From an uncultured Gammaproteobacteria bacterium (GTDB lineage: Bacteria; Pseudomonadota; Gammaproteobacteria; Eutrophobiales; Eutrophobiaceae), in assembly GCA_951812995.1 (NCBI GenBank), contig CATOTD010000014.1, positions 13,794 to 77,793 of the forward strand: DNA of 64,000 bases. The letters are read 5' to 3'. The position numbers and the translations under genes were made by a program. The notes below the pieces were generated by a model. It ran no database searches and was not told the DNA's origin. It saw only the letters and a program-made list of their open reading frames with translations. The stretch's first letter is position 1. The number at the start of each line of letters is the position of its first letter. Of this stretch, positions 22,469-31,287 are shown one piece after another.

Positions 22469-22786
22469 TGGTCGGGCGTGGGTCGAGATGGATCAAGCTG
22501 GGCTGGGCCAAGCTGGGCTGGGTTGAGTCGGGTCAAGCGTGGGTCAAGACGGGTTGAACTGAGTCAAGCTGGGTCGAGATGGATCAAGCTGGGTTGAACT
22601 GAGTCAAGCTGAGTCAAGCTGGGTCAAGCTGGGTCGGGCTAGGTTGATCTGAGTCGAGCTGGGCCGGGCTGGGTTGAGCTGAGTCGAGCGTGGTCGGGCG
22701 CGGGTCAAGCCAGGTTGAGATGGGTCAAGATGGATCAAGCTGAGTCAAGCTGGACCCGGCTGGGTTGAGCCGTGTCTGGCTGGACC
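22469..22786 (+). repeat. ~320-bp degenerate RRGYY pentamer array (~60 units) between convergent folA and apaH
   Basis: Units GGGTC, AAGCT, GAGTC, GGGCT, GGGTT, GAGAT, GAGCT, with dominant decamer GRGTCAAGCT. Confidence 0.92.
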
Positions 22787-23616
22787 CGTGGTGCTTGTTG
22801 TGACGGAACCTGGAAGTATTGTCCATCTTCCAGTCGCATGGCGGTTAATGCGCCGCCCCATAAACAACCCGTGTCTAACGGGAAGACGTTATATTGTTCA
22901 GTATTATTGTGACTCCCGGCGGCCAGCGTAGACCAGTGCCCAAAGATAACTTTATTTTGCCTTGTTTTCCGCGCCGGTAATGAATACCAGGGGATTAGGT
23001 TTTTATTTTGTGTGCTGGGGGCTTTTTTTTCTTTTAAGTTCAATCTGCCATCCGCCTCACAATAACGCATCCGCGTAAAACAATTTATGATGAAACGATG
23101 CCGATCATAGCCTGTGATTGCGTCATGCCACTGATCAGGGCTATCCCCGAACATAGACGGCAAGAATTGCTTAAATTGATCACCGCGTAATAGCGACTCT
23201 GTTTCCTGCGCTAATTCTAGGGCCTCTGTTAATGACCATTGCGGATGTATGCCAGCGTGTACCATCGTAAAGTTCAGGTCTGCATCATGCACAAGCAAGG
23301 GACGTGATCTTATCCACTCAAGCAGTTCAGAGGCCGCATCAGCATTGAGGATTTCATCCAGGGTATCTTTTTTGTGCGGCTTATAGATACGGTTGGCGAC
23401 AGCCAGTAGATACAGATCATGGTTGCCAGATACAACGCTTGCAGCATCACCCAGCGATTTCACGAATTGTAGGCAAGCCAGCGATGCCGGCCCGCGATTG
23501 ATCAAATCACCCACAAACCAGAGACGGTCTTTAGCGGCATCAAAATTAATGCGATTGAGCAAGTCTTGCAATTCTGTATAACAGCCTTGCAGATCACCTA
23601 TCGCATAGGTGCTCAT
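22735..23616 (-). CDS. apaH: Symmetrical bis(5'-nucleosyl)-tetraphosphatase
   Basis: YAIGDLQGC, GDLINRGP, GNHD, VHAG, FGHWS, LDTGCLWGG. Confidence 0.96.
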   Translation of the reverse strand: MSTYAIGDLQGCYTELQDLLNRINFDAAKDRLWFVGDLINRGPASLACLQFVKSLGDAASVVSGNHDLYLLAVANRIYKPHKKDTLDEILNADAASELLEWIRSRPLLVHDADLNFTMVHAGIHPQWSLTEALELAQETESLLRGDQFKQFLPSMFGDSPDQWHDAITGYDRHRFIINCFTRMRYCEADGRLNLKEKKAPSTQNKNLIPWYSLPARKTRQNKVIFGHWSTLAAGSHNNTEQYNVFPLDTGCLWGGALTAMRLEDGQYFQVPSQQAPRVQPDTAQPSRVQLDSA

Positions 23617-23618
23617 TA

Positions 23619-23999
23619 TTAATGCAGGGTGTTTGGTGTGGAGAGATTAAACACCGGTATTTGCACATTGAAGTCCATACCATCATCTGCGACCATTGCA
23701 TACGTGCCTTGCATACAACCCACCGGGGTTGCCAAGACGGCGGCACTGGTATAGCGGAATGATTCGCCTGGCATGAGGTGTGGCTGTTCACCGATAACCC
23801 CCTCACCCTGGACTTCCTGGGTTTGACAATTAGCATCTGTAATCAGCCAATGGCGGCGTAGCAAGGTGGCGGCGGCGTGGCCGGTGTTGGTGATGGTGAT
23901 GGTATAGGCAAAGACGTAACGACCGCCTTCCGGAGAAGATTGGTTGGCCACATATTCAGTCTCCGTGATAATCTTTATGTCGTATTGTTTCTTGCCCAT
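23619..23999 (-). CDS. apaG: ApaG protein
   Basis: YVFAYTITI, RHWLITD, VQGEGVIGEQP, YTS. Adjacent to apaH. Confidence 0.96.
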   Translation of the reverse strand: MGKKQYDIKIITETEYVANQSSPEGGRYVFAYTITITNTGHAAATLLRRHWLITDANCQTQEVQGEGVIGEQPHLMPGESFRYTSAAVLATPVGCMQGTYAMVADDGMDFNVQIPVFNLSTPNTLH

Positions 24000-24049
24000 A
24001 GTGCTATTTCAGCTTAATCAAGCGTTGGGTTCAAGTAGTTTGGTATTGC

Positions 24050-25570
24050 TCATACGATTGCTTGTGACGAACGGGTCTTCTGCCGGTAGCTGATAGCTTC
24101 ACTGAGGTGTTGTGTCTGGATGTTATCACTTTGCGACATGTCCGCGATCGTTCTTGCGACCTTCATAATCCGATGTATTGCGCGACCGGAAAGCCCCAGT
24201 TTTTTTGTCGCCGTCTGGAGCAGTGCCTTATCAGCGCCAGACAAGGTACAGTAGCGTTCTATGTCATTGGTAGTCAGGGTTGAATTGGACGTGCCATGAC
24301 GATTTTGTTGTATGTTAAATGTAGCCGTGACACGTTGTCTGACAGTGGTGCTAGATTCAGATGAGGCCTCTCTTGTTTGGTTGATGATCAGCTCTGGCAA
24401 GCTGTGTACTTCAATAATCATATCGAGTCTATCTAGGAGCGGCCCGGAAATTTTATATTGATAACGGTTAATCTGCTCTTCAGTACAGCGGCAACGACTG
24501 CTCGTATCACCTAGATAGCCGCAAGGGCAAGGGTTCATGGCGGCAATAAGCTGAAAGTTTGCCGGGTATTCGACTTGGTTGGCCGCCCGTGATATGACGA
24601 TACGGCCTGATTCTAGCGGCTCGCGTAACACTTCTAAGACATGGCGATTAAACTCAGGCAGCTCGTCGAGAAACAAGACACCATTGTGCGCCAGCGATAT
24701 TTCGCCTGGTTTTGGATGACTGCCACCCCCCACCAATGCGACAGATGAGGCGGAGTGGTGCGGTGCGCGAAAAATGCGTTGCCGCCATGATGCAGGATCG
24801 AATCCCCGGTTACTGATTGATGCGATCGCCGCACTTTCCAGTGCTTGTACCTCGGTCATCGGTGGCATGATGCCAGGTAGACGCTCTGCCAGCATGGTCT
24901 TGCCGGAACCAGGCGGGCCGATCATCAGTAAATTGTGCCCCCCTGCCGCTGCAATCTCCAAGACACGTTTGGCCTGCTCGTGTCCGTAGACCTCATTGAG
25001 ATCAAGGTCGTATGCGATAGCTGTGTTGAATTGTTTGCGCTGATGTTCTGGCAATGCCTGGGTGCCGACTATATGTGCGCACACATCCAATAATTGTGTC
25101 GCTGGTTTGCAAACGGTACCGTCAACCAGCGCGGCTTCATCGGCGTTGTCCATAGGCAGGATCAGATCGCGTTCAGAATGTTTAACGGCCAGCGCGACGG
25201 GTAATGCGCCGGTTATCGATCTTAATTCACCCGTTAAAGACAACTCGCCAATGGCTTCATGATCTTTAATACCACTGTTGGGGATTTGTCCCGATGCGAT
25301 TAAAATTCCAAGCGCGATAGGGAGGTCAAAACGCCCGCCTTCTTTTGGTAGATCGGCCGGTGCCAGATTGACAGTAATTCTGCTGAGTGGAAAATCAAAT
25401 TGATTGTTGAGGATGGCACTGCGGACACGTTCCTTGCTTTCTTTCACTGTGGTCTCTGGCAAGCCAACAATAGTAAAGCCGGGCAAGCCGCGTGAAAGAT
25501 GGACTTCAATGGTGACTAGAGGCGCATTGATGCCATCTTGTGCGCGTGAGTAAATGATTGCCACACTCAT
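24050..25570 (-). CDS. comM: YifB/ComM Mg-chelatase-like AAA+ ATPase
   Basis: VGLPETTVKESKERVR, NLAPADLPKEG, GPPGSGKT, FRAPHH, AAMNPCPCG. Confidence 0.95.
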   Translation of the reverse strand: MSVAIIYSRAQDGINAPLVTIEVHLSRGLPGFTIVGLPETTVKESKERVRSAILNNQFDFPLSRITVNLAPADLPKEGGRFDLPIALGILIASGQIPNSGIKDHEAIGELSLTGELRSITGALPVALAVKHSERDLILPMDNADEAALVDGTVCKPATQLLDVCAHIVGTQALPEHQRKQFNTAIAYDLDLNEVYGHEQAKRVLEIAAAGGHNLLMIGPPGSGKTMLAERLPGIMPPMTEVQALESAAIASISNRGFDPASWRQRIFRAPHHSASSVALVGGGSHPKPGEISLAHNGVLFLDELPEFNRHVLEVLREPLESGRIVISRAANQVEYPANFQLIAAMNPCPCGYLGDTSSRCRCTEEQINRYQYKISGPLLDRLDMIIEVHSLPELIINQTREASSESSTTVRQRVTATFNIQQNRHGTSNSTLTTNDIERYCTLSGADKALLQTATKKLGLSGRAIHRIMKVARTIADMSQSDNIQTQHLSEAISYRQKTRSSQAIV

Positions 25571-25656
25571 GAGTGTTTCATTCCTGAAATCAATTAATTA
25601 TCTCAACTAATCTACCATAGTTTCAGTTTTAATAACGCTTTGAGTTAAACCCCTTT

Positions 25657-25716
25657 GAGTCGGGCCAGGTCGGGTCGGGTTGATCTGGGCTGAGCTGGGC
25701 TGGGCTAGGTTGGGTC
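25657..25716 (+). repeat. Degenerate RRGYY pentamer tract (12 units)
   Basis: GAGTC GGGCC AGGTC GGGTC GGGTT GATCT GGGCT GAGCT GGGCT GGGCT AGGTT GGGTC. Confidence 0.88.
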
Positions 25717-26077
25717 GGAAGGTCTCAGTCTGCCAGCCGCGCTGCCGTCCCATAAACCGGCTACAAATAGAACGCTATTAAACCAAGCAGCATGCTTAAT
25801 CTGCCGCACAGGGACTGGACAGCATATTTACACACCCGATTTTTATCCTTAAGATGAAATGCTGTGCTGGCTAATGGCAATTGTAAACATGATAGACAGG
25901 CAAGGTACTGGAAGTTGGCGTGGTAGCCTTAATTTAATCAGATAGGATCAAGGCTGGCATATTGTGTGTTGTCAGATATGCGTCGTTGGGAATTAAAAAA
26001 TCGTGGGCGTTGCATCGTCGGTATTTTTATTATGGCCATCTGGTTTACGTTTTAATCTTCGCGCGTTTGATGAATTA

Positions 26078-26168
26078 GGAGAGGTGTCCGAGTGGTTTAA
26101 GGAGCACGCCTGGAAAGCGTGTATACGCTAATCGCGTATCGAGGGTTCGAATCCCTCTCTCTCCGCCA
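26078..26168 (+). tRNA. tRNA-Ser (GGA)
   Basis: GGAGAGG acceptor stem, CACGC-CTGGAAA-GCGTG anticodon arm, long variable arm, GGTTCGAATCC T-arm, ends GCCA. Confidence 0.96.
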
Positions 26169-26425
26169 TGTAGTTTGATCTCTTTGGAGCATCTTCGCAG
26201 AGGTATTCTAATACTTTGAGAGTGCGGCAACAGGCTGAACAAGACTGACGCGAGATCAGCGCAACTGTCCAAGTGTTGCAGATTCACCCTCAGAATTTGA
26301 AAATACCGGAGTAAAAAGAGCCTTAAATATTGTCGGCATTGCTCTCTTTTGGCGGCTTAAAATCAGTCCTGATGGCCAAGTGTAAATCGTTGATAGTGAT
26401 CATTTTTATGGGTAATGCAACTGGC

Positions 26426-27616
26426 CTATCCAATGCGTTTTCTTAATGTTTGAATGAAATGCGACAATGACAGAATGGTCGTATCATTGCTGGTGGGGAA
26501 TTTATCTTCCCCGGTATACACAACAAATTTTTCTTGCGTATTCAAATCCTCACAGGCTATATGAAAACCTTTTTTGAGGGTCGGTGTGCGGCTGGCCTTG
26601 ATTGCAACAGCCCAATACGCATGCAAACCAAATTCAATGACTAAATCAATTTCAGCACCTGCAGACGTGCGATAGAAAAAAGCGTGAACACCTGTCGGCA
26701 AGGCGTTGATAATTGTTTCAATCACAAACCCTTCCCAGCTTTTCCCCAAGATAGGGTGCCCTAGTAGTGCGTCATAATTGGGTATTTGTAGCAACGCATG
26801 TACCATGCCGCTGTCTCTGACGTACGTGCGTGGTGACTTAACCAGTCGTTTTTTGACATTCCCGCACCAAGGCACCAGTCTTCGAACCAGTAGCAAATCA
26901 ACCATCAAATCTAAATATCGACTAACAGTCACGCTCTCGACCCCCAATGAACTTGCCAGCTTTGAGGCATTCAGCAGTTCGCCTTGTGTATGGGCAAGCA
27001 TGGTCCAAAAGCGCATCAGTGTGGCGGCCGGGATGCGCGGTCCGAGCTGGGGGATATCACGTTCCAAATAGGTGCGGATAAAATTATGACACCAAGCATG
27101 ACCCGCTTTATCGTCTGAGGCAGCATAGCTGTCTGGGAATCCGCCGCGCATCCATAATTGCCGCAGTGCTTCTCCGTCAGGCTTTTCAATCTCAAAGGGA
27201 TTAAGCCCTGTCAGCTCAACGTAGTGAATGCGACCGGCGAGGCTCTCGGAGCTTTGCTTAAGTAATTCATTGGAGGCAGAACCAAGCACCAGAAAGCGGC
27301 CATGCCTATGTCCTTTACGTCGTCTGGCATCAATAATACCGCGCAATGACATAAACAGATCAGGATAACGCTGCACTTCATCAAATATCACTAATTTATC
27401 GGCATGAAGTGCTAAATAATGCGCAGGGTCTTGCAGCTTTTGAAAATCCTCTGGATTTTCAAGGTCCAGATAAATGGATGGTTGCCCCTTGGCAATCTCA
27501 TGGGCAATCTCATGGGCAAGGGTAGTCTTGCCAATCTGGCGCGGGCCAAGGATGGCAACAACCGGATTTTGGCCGAGACTGTGGATAATTTTTTGTGTAA
27601 GCTCTCTTTTATACAT
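26426..27616 (-). CDS. AAA+ ATPase with DUF4143-type C-terminal domain
   Basis: GPRQIGKTT, IFDEVQR, LGSAS, ESLAGRI, RGGFP, YLERDI, KRLVKSP..DSG, EIDL. Confidence 0.9.
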   Translation of the reverse strand: MYKRELTQKIIHSLGQNPVVAILGPRQIGKTTLAHEIAHEIAKGQPSIYLDLENPEDFQKLQDPAHYLALHADKLVIFDEVQRYPDLFMSLRGIIDARRRKGHRHGRFLVLGSASNELLKQSSESLAGRIHYVELTGLNPFEIEKPDGEALRQLWMRGGFPDSYAASDDKAGHAWCHNFIRTYLERDIPQLGPRIPAATLMRFWTMLAHTQGELLNASKLASSLGVESVTVSRYLDLMVDLLLVRRLVPWCGNVKKRLVKSPRTYVRDSGMVHALLQIPNYDALLGHPILGKSWEGFVIETIINALPTGVHAFFYRTSAGAEIDLVIEFGLHAYWAVAIKASRTPTLKKGFHIACEDLNTQEKFVVYTGEDKFPTSNDTTILSLSHFIQTLRKRIG

Positions 27617-27838
27617 CCTTGCAATATTGACATTAAATGTTTAAATTACAAGATAAATATCTGGCGTGTTGCCATTTCCAGTGAAGGAAAACGGGGAATT
27701 TGAACTTACAGTATGTTTGACATCAATTCCCTATACCGTTTTGATGCAAGACGTTCAGAATTGACAGCACCGTTGTCGCATAAACTATGTTTTTCCTTAT
27801 TTTCAGGAATTTTTCATAACAATTCAATGGCAGGTGTA

Positions 27839-27864
27839 GAGGGTTCAAATCCCGCTCTCCGTCA
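27839..27864 (+). other. Degenerate copy of the tRNA-Ser 3' end (att-like)
   Basis: GAGGGTTCAAATCCCGCTCTCCGTCA versus tRNA GAGGGTTCGAATCCCTCTCTCTCCGCCA. Confidence 0.75.
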
Positions 27865-28849
27865 TTAATACTTTCTTGTAATGCAGTTAAGGCATATTTG
27901 TAGTTATAACAAATATATTTTTACTATATTGTTTATTCTTATTTAAGGTGCCAGTTGAGGAGGTTTTTATATCCATTTCCATAATGTTTAATCCTTTTTT
28001 GATGATGTGCATACCTATCCCATTACCAGCCATATCTTTGGTATTAGCTCCAGAAAAACCAAGGTTAAAAATATCTTGGTCGTCTTCTATAGTTAGGCTA
28101 TGCATTTTTATTACTAATTCTTGATCTTTTGAGTATTGAAATATGATTTCATCCTCATCCCTTGAATATTTTGTGGCATTATCAAAAAAATGGTGCATGA
28201 CTAAGTTAAATATTTTAAAGTCAATATTAATAGATGTTTCTTCATTAATACCTCCAAAATTAACTTTAATTTGTTTGCTTTGAAATGATTCTTTGAATGG
28301 ATCATAAATACTTAATAAGGTTTTCTTAAGTGGGTGAGTTTTAATGTCTGTAATTGTTTTATTAGTGAGTATATTTAAACTATCAAGATGAAAGTCAAGT
28401 TCCTCTATTCTCTTTCCTAAATGACAAATCATATCAGCAATTTTATTTTCATCATGTGAGCTTAAATTTAAAATCACTTGATTTATTCTAGTGTCCTGAG
28501 TGCCTTGTTTAGCGTTTTTAATGTAAGGTTCTATCTTTTGGGCCATTTTGGCTTGTATAGTTGATACAGTATGAATGTTAGCTAATAAATGCAGTTCATA
28601 GTGATTGCACAAGCCAGTGATAAGATCATAAATTACCGAAGATACTTTACTAAAAGTTTTTTTGCTTTTTAATAAATCAGAATCATCGGTAACTATCCAA
28701 ATATTATTACCATTAACTTTTCTGAAATAGCTCCTCTTGCCGCTTTCTAGTTTATTTTTGTTTGGGGAATTATATACTTAACTCCAACTTCACTACAAAA
28801 TACAAACACAATGATTTGTTAGTTTTTTCAAGTAACAAGCTCACCATGC

Positions 28850-29197
28850 TCACCTGTTACCTTATGCAATTTTTCAATTGCACTCCATTTTGGGTTAAAC
28901 CATCTTTTCTTGTCTTTCGTTTGCACGCAACGACAATAAAAAGGTTTTTATCGGTTTTTTATCTTTGTTGAATACTGCAATATCAAGCGGATACTCTTTT
29001 TTGGTATCAGATGGCCTTACTTTTACACGCCACTGTGGTCGTGTTTGTAATTGTTCTTTGGGGTATCCGTAATCTTCGACAAGTGTTTCGGAAAAGACTT
29101 GTACTGCTTCTACTTCTTCTGGCGTAGCTTTTACTTCTTCACCACTTATATAGTCTTTGATGTAACCTTCTCTCATTATCGTCCTGTATATCCGCAT
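28850..29197 (-). pseudogene. Truncated HsdR_N-like restriction endonuclease N-terminal fragment (IS passenger)
   Basis: YIKDYISG.EVKATPEE..LVEDYGYPKEQLQT..YPLDIAVF, then frameshifted LFIVVACKRKTRKDGLTQ resembling IxVECK..G..QL. Confidence 0.7.
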
Positions 29198-29216
29198 TCT
29201 ATTTCCATTGCTTTGC

Positions 29217-30146
29217 TCATGCTAGCACCTCGCGATAGGTAATCCGTTTACCTATCGCGTTGCTTATAAGTGATTCTATACGTTGATTGGTTGGTAACTT
29301 ACATGGTCCGTTATTCAGTCTAAAAGTCACTTCGTTCACATAGCGATGTAAGTGTTTAGTGCTGGCATGAGGCCATACCCCATACAGACCGCGTTTGAGT
29401 AAAGCCCAGACACTTTCAATGCTATTGGTATGAATGTTGTTTGAACCCACATATTCTCCCGCACTATGGGTTACCGTACCATGCTGATAAGCAGACTGTA
29501 AATGCTGATATGACCTGTGTTCATCTGTGTAAATGGTGGCACCATATTCCACTGAACAGCCAATCTCTTTGTGCAGGGTCGGTATATCAGTTGATGGGAT
29601 AGGCTTAGCCCTTGTGCGGCCACCGCGCTCACGCATTCCGACCACTACCTGCTTGCCAGCTACGCCACGGCCTGCGCGGACTTTCTTGTGTTTGTGTTTG
29701 TTATGTTCCTTCCCACCGATATAGGTCTCATCAATCTCAACAATGCCAGAAAGTAAATTATCTGTATTATCGTTACAGGTTTCACGAATGCGGGCCTGCA
29801 TAAACCAGGCGGTCTTTTGAGTTACTCCGATTTGTTTAGATAACTGCAAGCTAGATATGCCCTTGCGCGAGGTGACAGTTAAGTAAATAGCATATAGCCA
29901 TTTATGTAGTGGAACATGAGAACGTTCAAAGATAGTGCCGGTTCTCACCGTAAACTCACTCTTACAGTCCCGGCATAAGTAATATCCTGTCCGCTTTCCT
30001 TTGCGCGGGGTAATACGCTTAAATTCCCCACAATGAGGACAGGATATGTAATCTCTCCAGCGTTGTCCCTCAAAATACAATCTAGCGGCTTCAGCATCCG
30101 GAAACTGGCGAAATAACTCAAATGTGGATATGGTATTGTCTTTCAT
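29217..30146 (-). CDS. IS1595-family transposase (apparently intact)
   Basis: Zn ribbon CPHC/CRDC, GISSLQL, VEIDETYIGG, IYTDE, HTNSIESVW, YVNE..FR.N. Confidence 0.94.
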   Translation of the reverse strand: MKDNTISTFELFRQFPDAEAARLYFEGQRWRDYISCPHCGEFKRITPRKGKRTGYYLCRDCKSEFTVRTGTIFERSHVPLHKWLYAIYLTVTSRKGISSLQLSKQIGVTQKTAWFMQARIRETCNDNTDNLLSGIVEIDETYIGGKEHNKHKHKKVRAGRGVAGKQVVVGMRERGGRTRAKPIPSTDIPTLHKEIGCSVEYGATIYTDEHRSYQHLQSAYQHGTVTHSAGEYVGSNNIHTNSIESVWALLKRGLYGVWPHASTKHLHRYVNEVTFRLNNGPCKLPTNQRIESLISNAIGKRITYREVLA

Positions 30147-30307
30147 TGATGACCCTCCGTTTTATTGCATTTTTATGTTAGATTATATGGGTTATCTATT
30201 GGAGTAAAATATATAATTCCCTTTGTTTGTACTAAATAAATCAGCATCTTCCTTTTTTATGGAATTAAAAATAATCTCGTCTTTATTGGTAGTTATTTGT
30301 AGATAAA

Positions 30308-30768
30308 TCATTTGTATTTATCAATTAATGCGATAAAAGTATCAATATCAGAGTTTTTAGGAATTGTATCATCAGCTATTTGAAAATCTGGAGTAAGACT
30401 AAATCTAGTATGCGCTGAAAATAGTATTATTGTTTTTTTCTTTCTGTATCTCTTTTTCAAGGCTTTTACTAAAGATAAACCTTCTTGCGAGCCAAAAGAT
30501 TTTCCTACACCCTTAAAATCTACAAAAATAATCCTTGCATTTTTGATTTTATCATTATTTTTTAATTCATCACTATCTTTAACATCTGTCATAGTTTCAA
30601 CCTCATAACCGTGGCTTTTTAGATTATCGACTATGGCAAAGTCTTTAAATTCGTCATCAATAAATAAATTCTTTTTTGTCGAAGCTTTCGTTTATAATAA
30701 AAAAATGAACTTATAACCGCACCCAAAATTGTAATAATGGCTGCTACTTTTTCTATTGATATATCCAT
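30308..30768 (-). pseudogene. Receiver-domain protein with N-terminal transmembrane helix; one frameshift at ~30667
   Basis: GAGGT RBS, MDISIEKVAAIITILGAVISSFFYY. Adding one T gives RILFIDDE and continues into IIFVDFKGVG, IILFSAH and IPKNS. Stop overlaps the kinase ATG (ATGA). Confidence 0.75.
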
Positions 30769-30884
30769 AATTATTACCTCTTTATTAAACTCTTGAGTAG
30801 CTTGCTTGTCCAGTGTGAGCAAGTAGCGGCTTTTCTTTACAGGACTTAACCGTTTTAGGTGCTCAATTTTTCTAGATTTGCTTT

Positions 30885-31131
30885 CTAAATTTGCCCGCCG
30901 ATACCTTTAAATTTCTCAACAAACGCTACAATCTTTTGAAAAATGCCCTGTTTCTTAGATAAATACTGCAGATTTAGCGGACTCATTTTGGGCAGAATCG
31001 CATTCAATTCTGTACCATTATCACTGGCAAATTCGCGTTTTATTGAGGTAGCTATATAACGTTTTGCGGCTTCGGTATTTAGATTTTCCGAATCAATAAG
31101 TGCCTACACCTCACGTCATTGCTTCACTTGT
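30885..31131 (-). pseudogene. hsdR: Type I restriction enzyme subunit R, C-terminal remnant
   Basis: Manual translation [72 protein letters not shown], closely resembling the EcoR124I-type HsdR C-terminus as recalled. Stops occur upstream. Confidence 0.82.
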
Positions 31132-31287
31132 ATATGTGTGTGGTTGCTGTCAAAAATAGGCCCATAAATATAGGAATGTACCCGCAAAATTCGCTCGGCC
31201 CTGAAACGAGCATTTGCTTAGCCATATTCGACTTGTTGGTTGTCTCGTTTTTAATCACCTATCAACCAATAGGCGAGGCGGTTTACA

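Larger units (their letters stand above)
28765..30221 (-). mobile_element. IS1595-family element with passenger DNA
   Basis: IRs GGGAATTATATACTTAACTCCA / TGGAGTAAAATATATAATTCCC. Perfect 8-bp duplication TTTGTTTG at 28757-28764 and 30222-30229. Confidence 0.93.
27887..30311 (-). pseudogene. Atypical histidine kinase / HATPase_c protein (319 aa when repaired), interrupted by IS1595
   Basis: MIYLQ..LFSTNK (30311-30222) continues in frame as NKLESGKRS..CNHYE from 28756 after removing the IS and one duplication. N-box FFDNATKYS, F-box IFNLGFSG, G2 GNGIGM. Confidence 0.82.

Noticed and set aside
22469-22786. Possible CRISPR array, or coding ORFs 22259..22597 and 22309..22536
   Set aside because: No constant repeat with unique spacers and no cas genes. 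The ORFs are low-complexity read-through of the pentamers.
26075-26287. 70-aa minus-strand ORF
   Set aside because: Antisense to tRNA-Ser; a classic spurious ORF.
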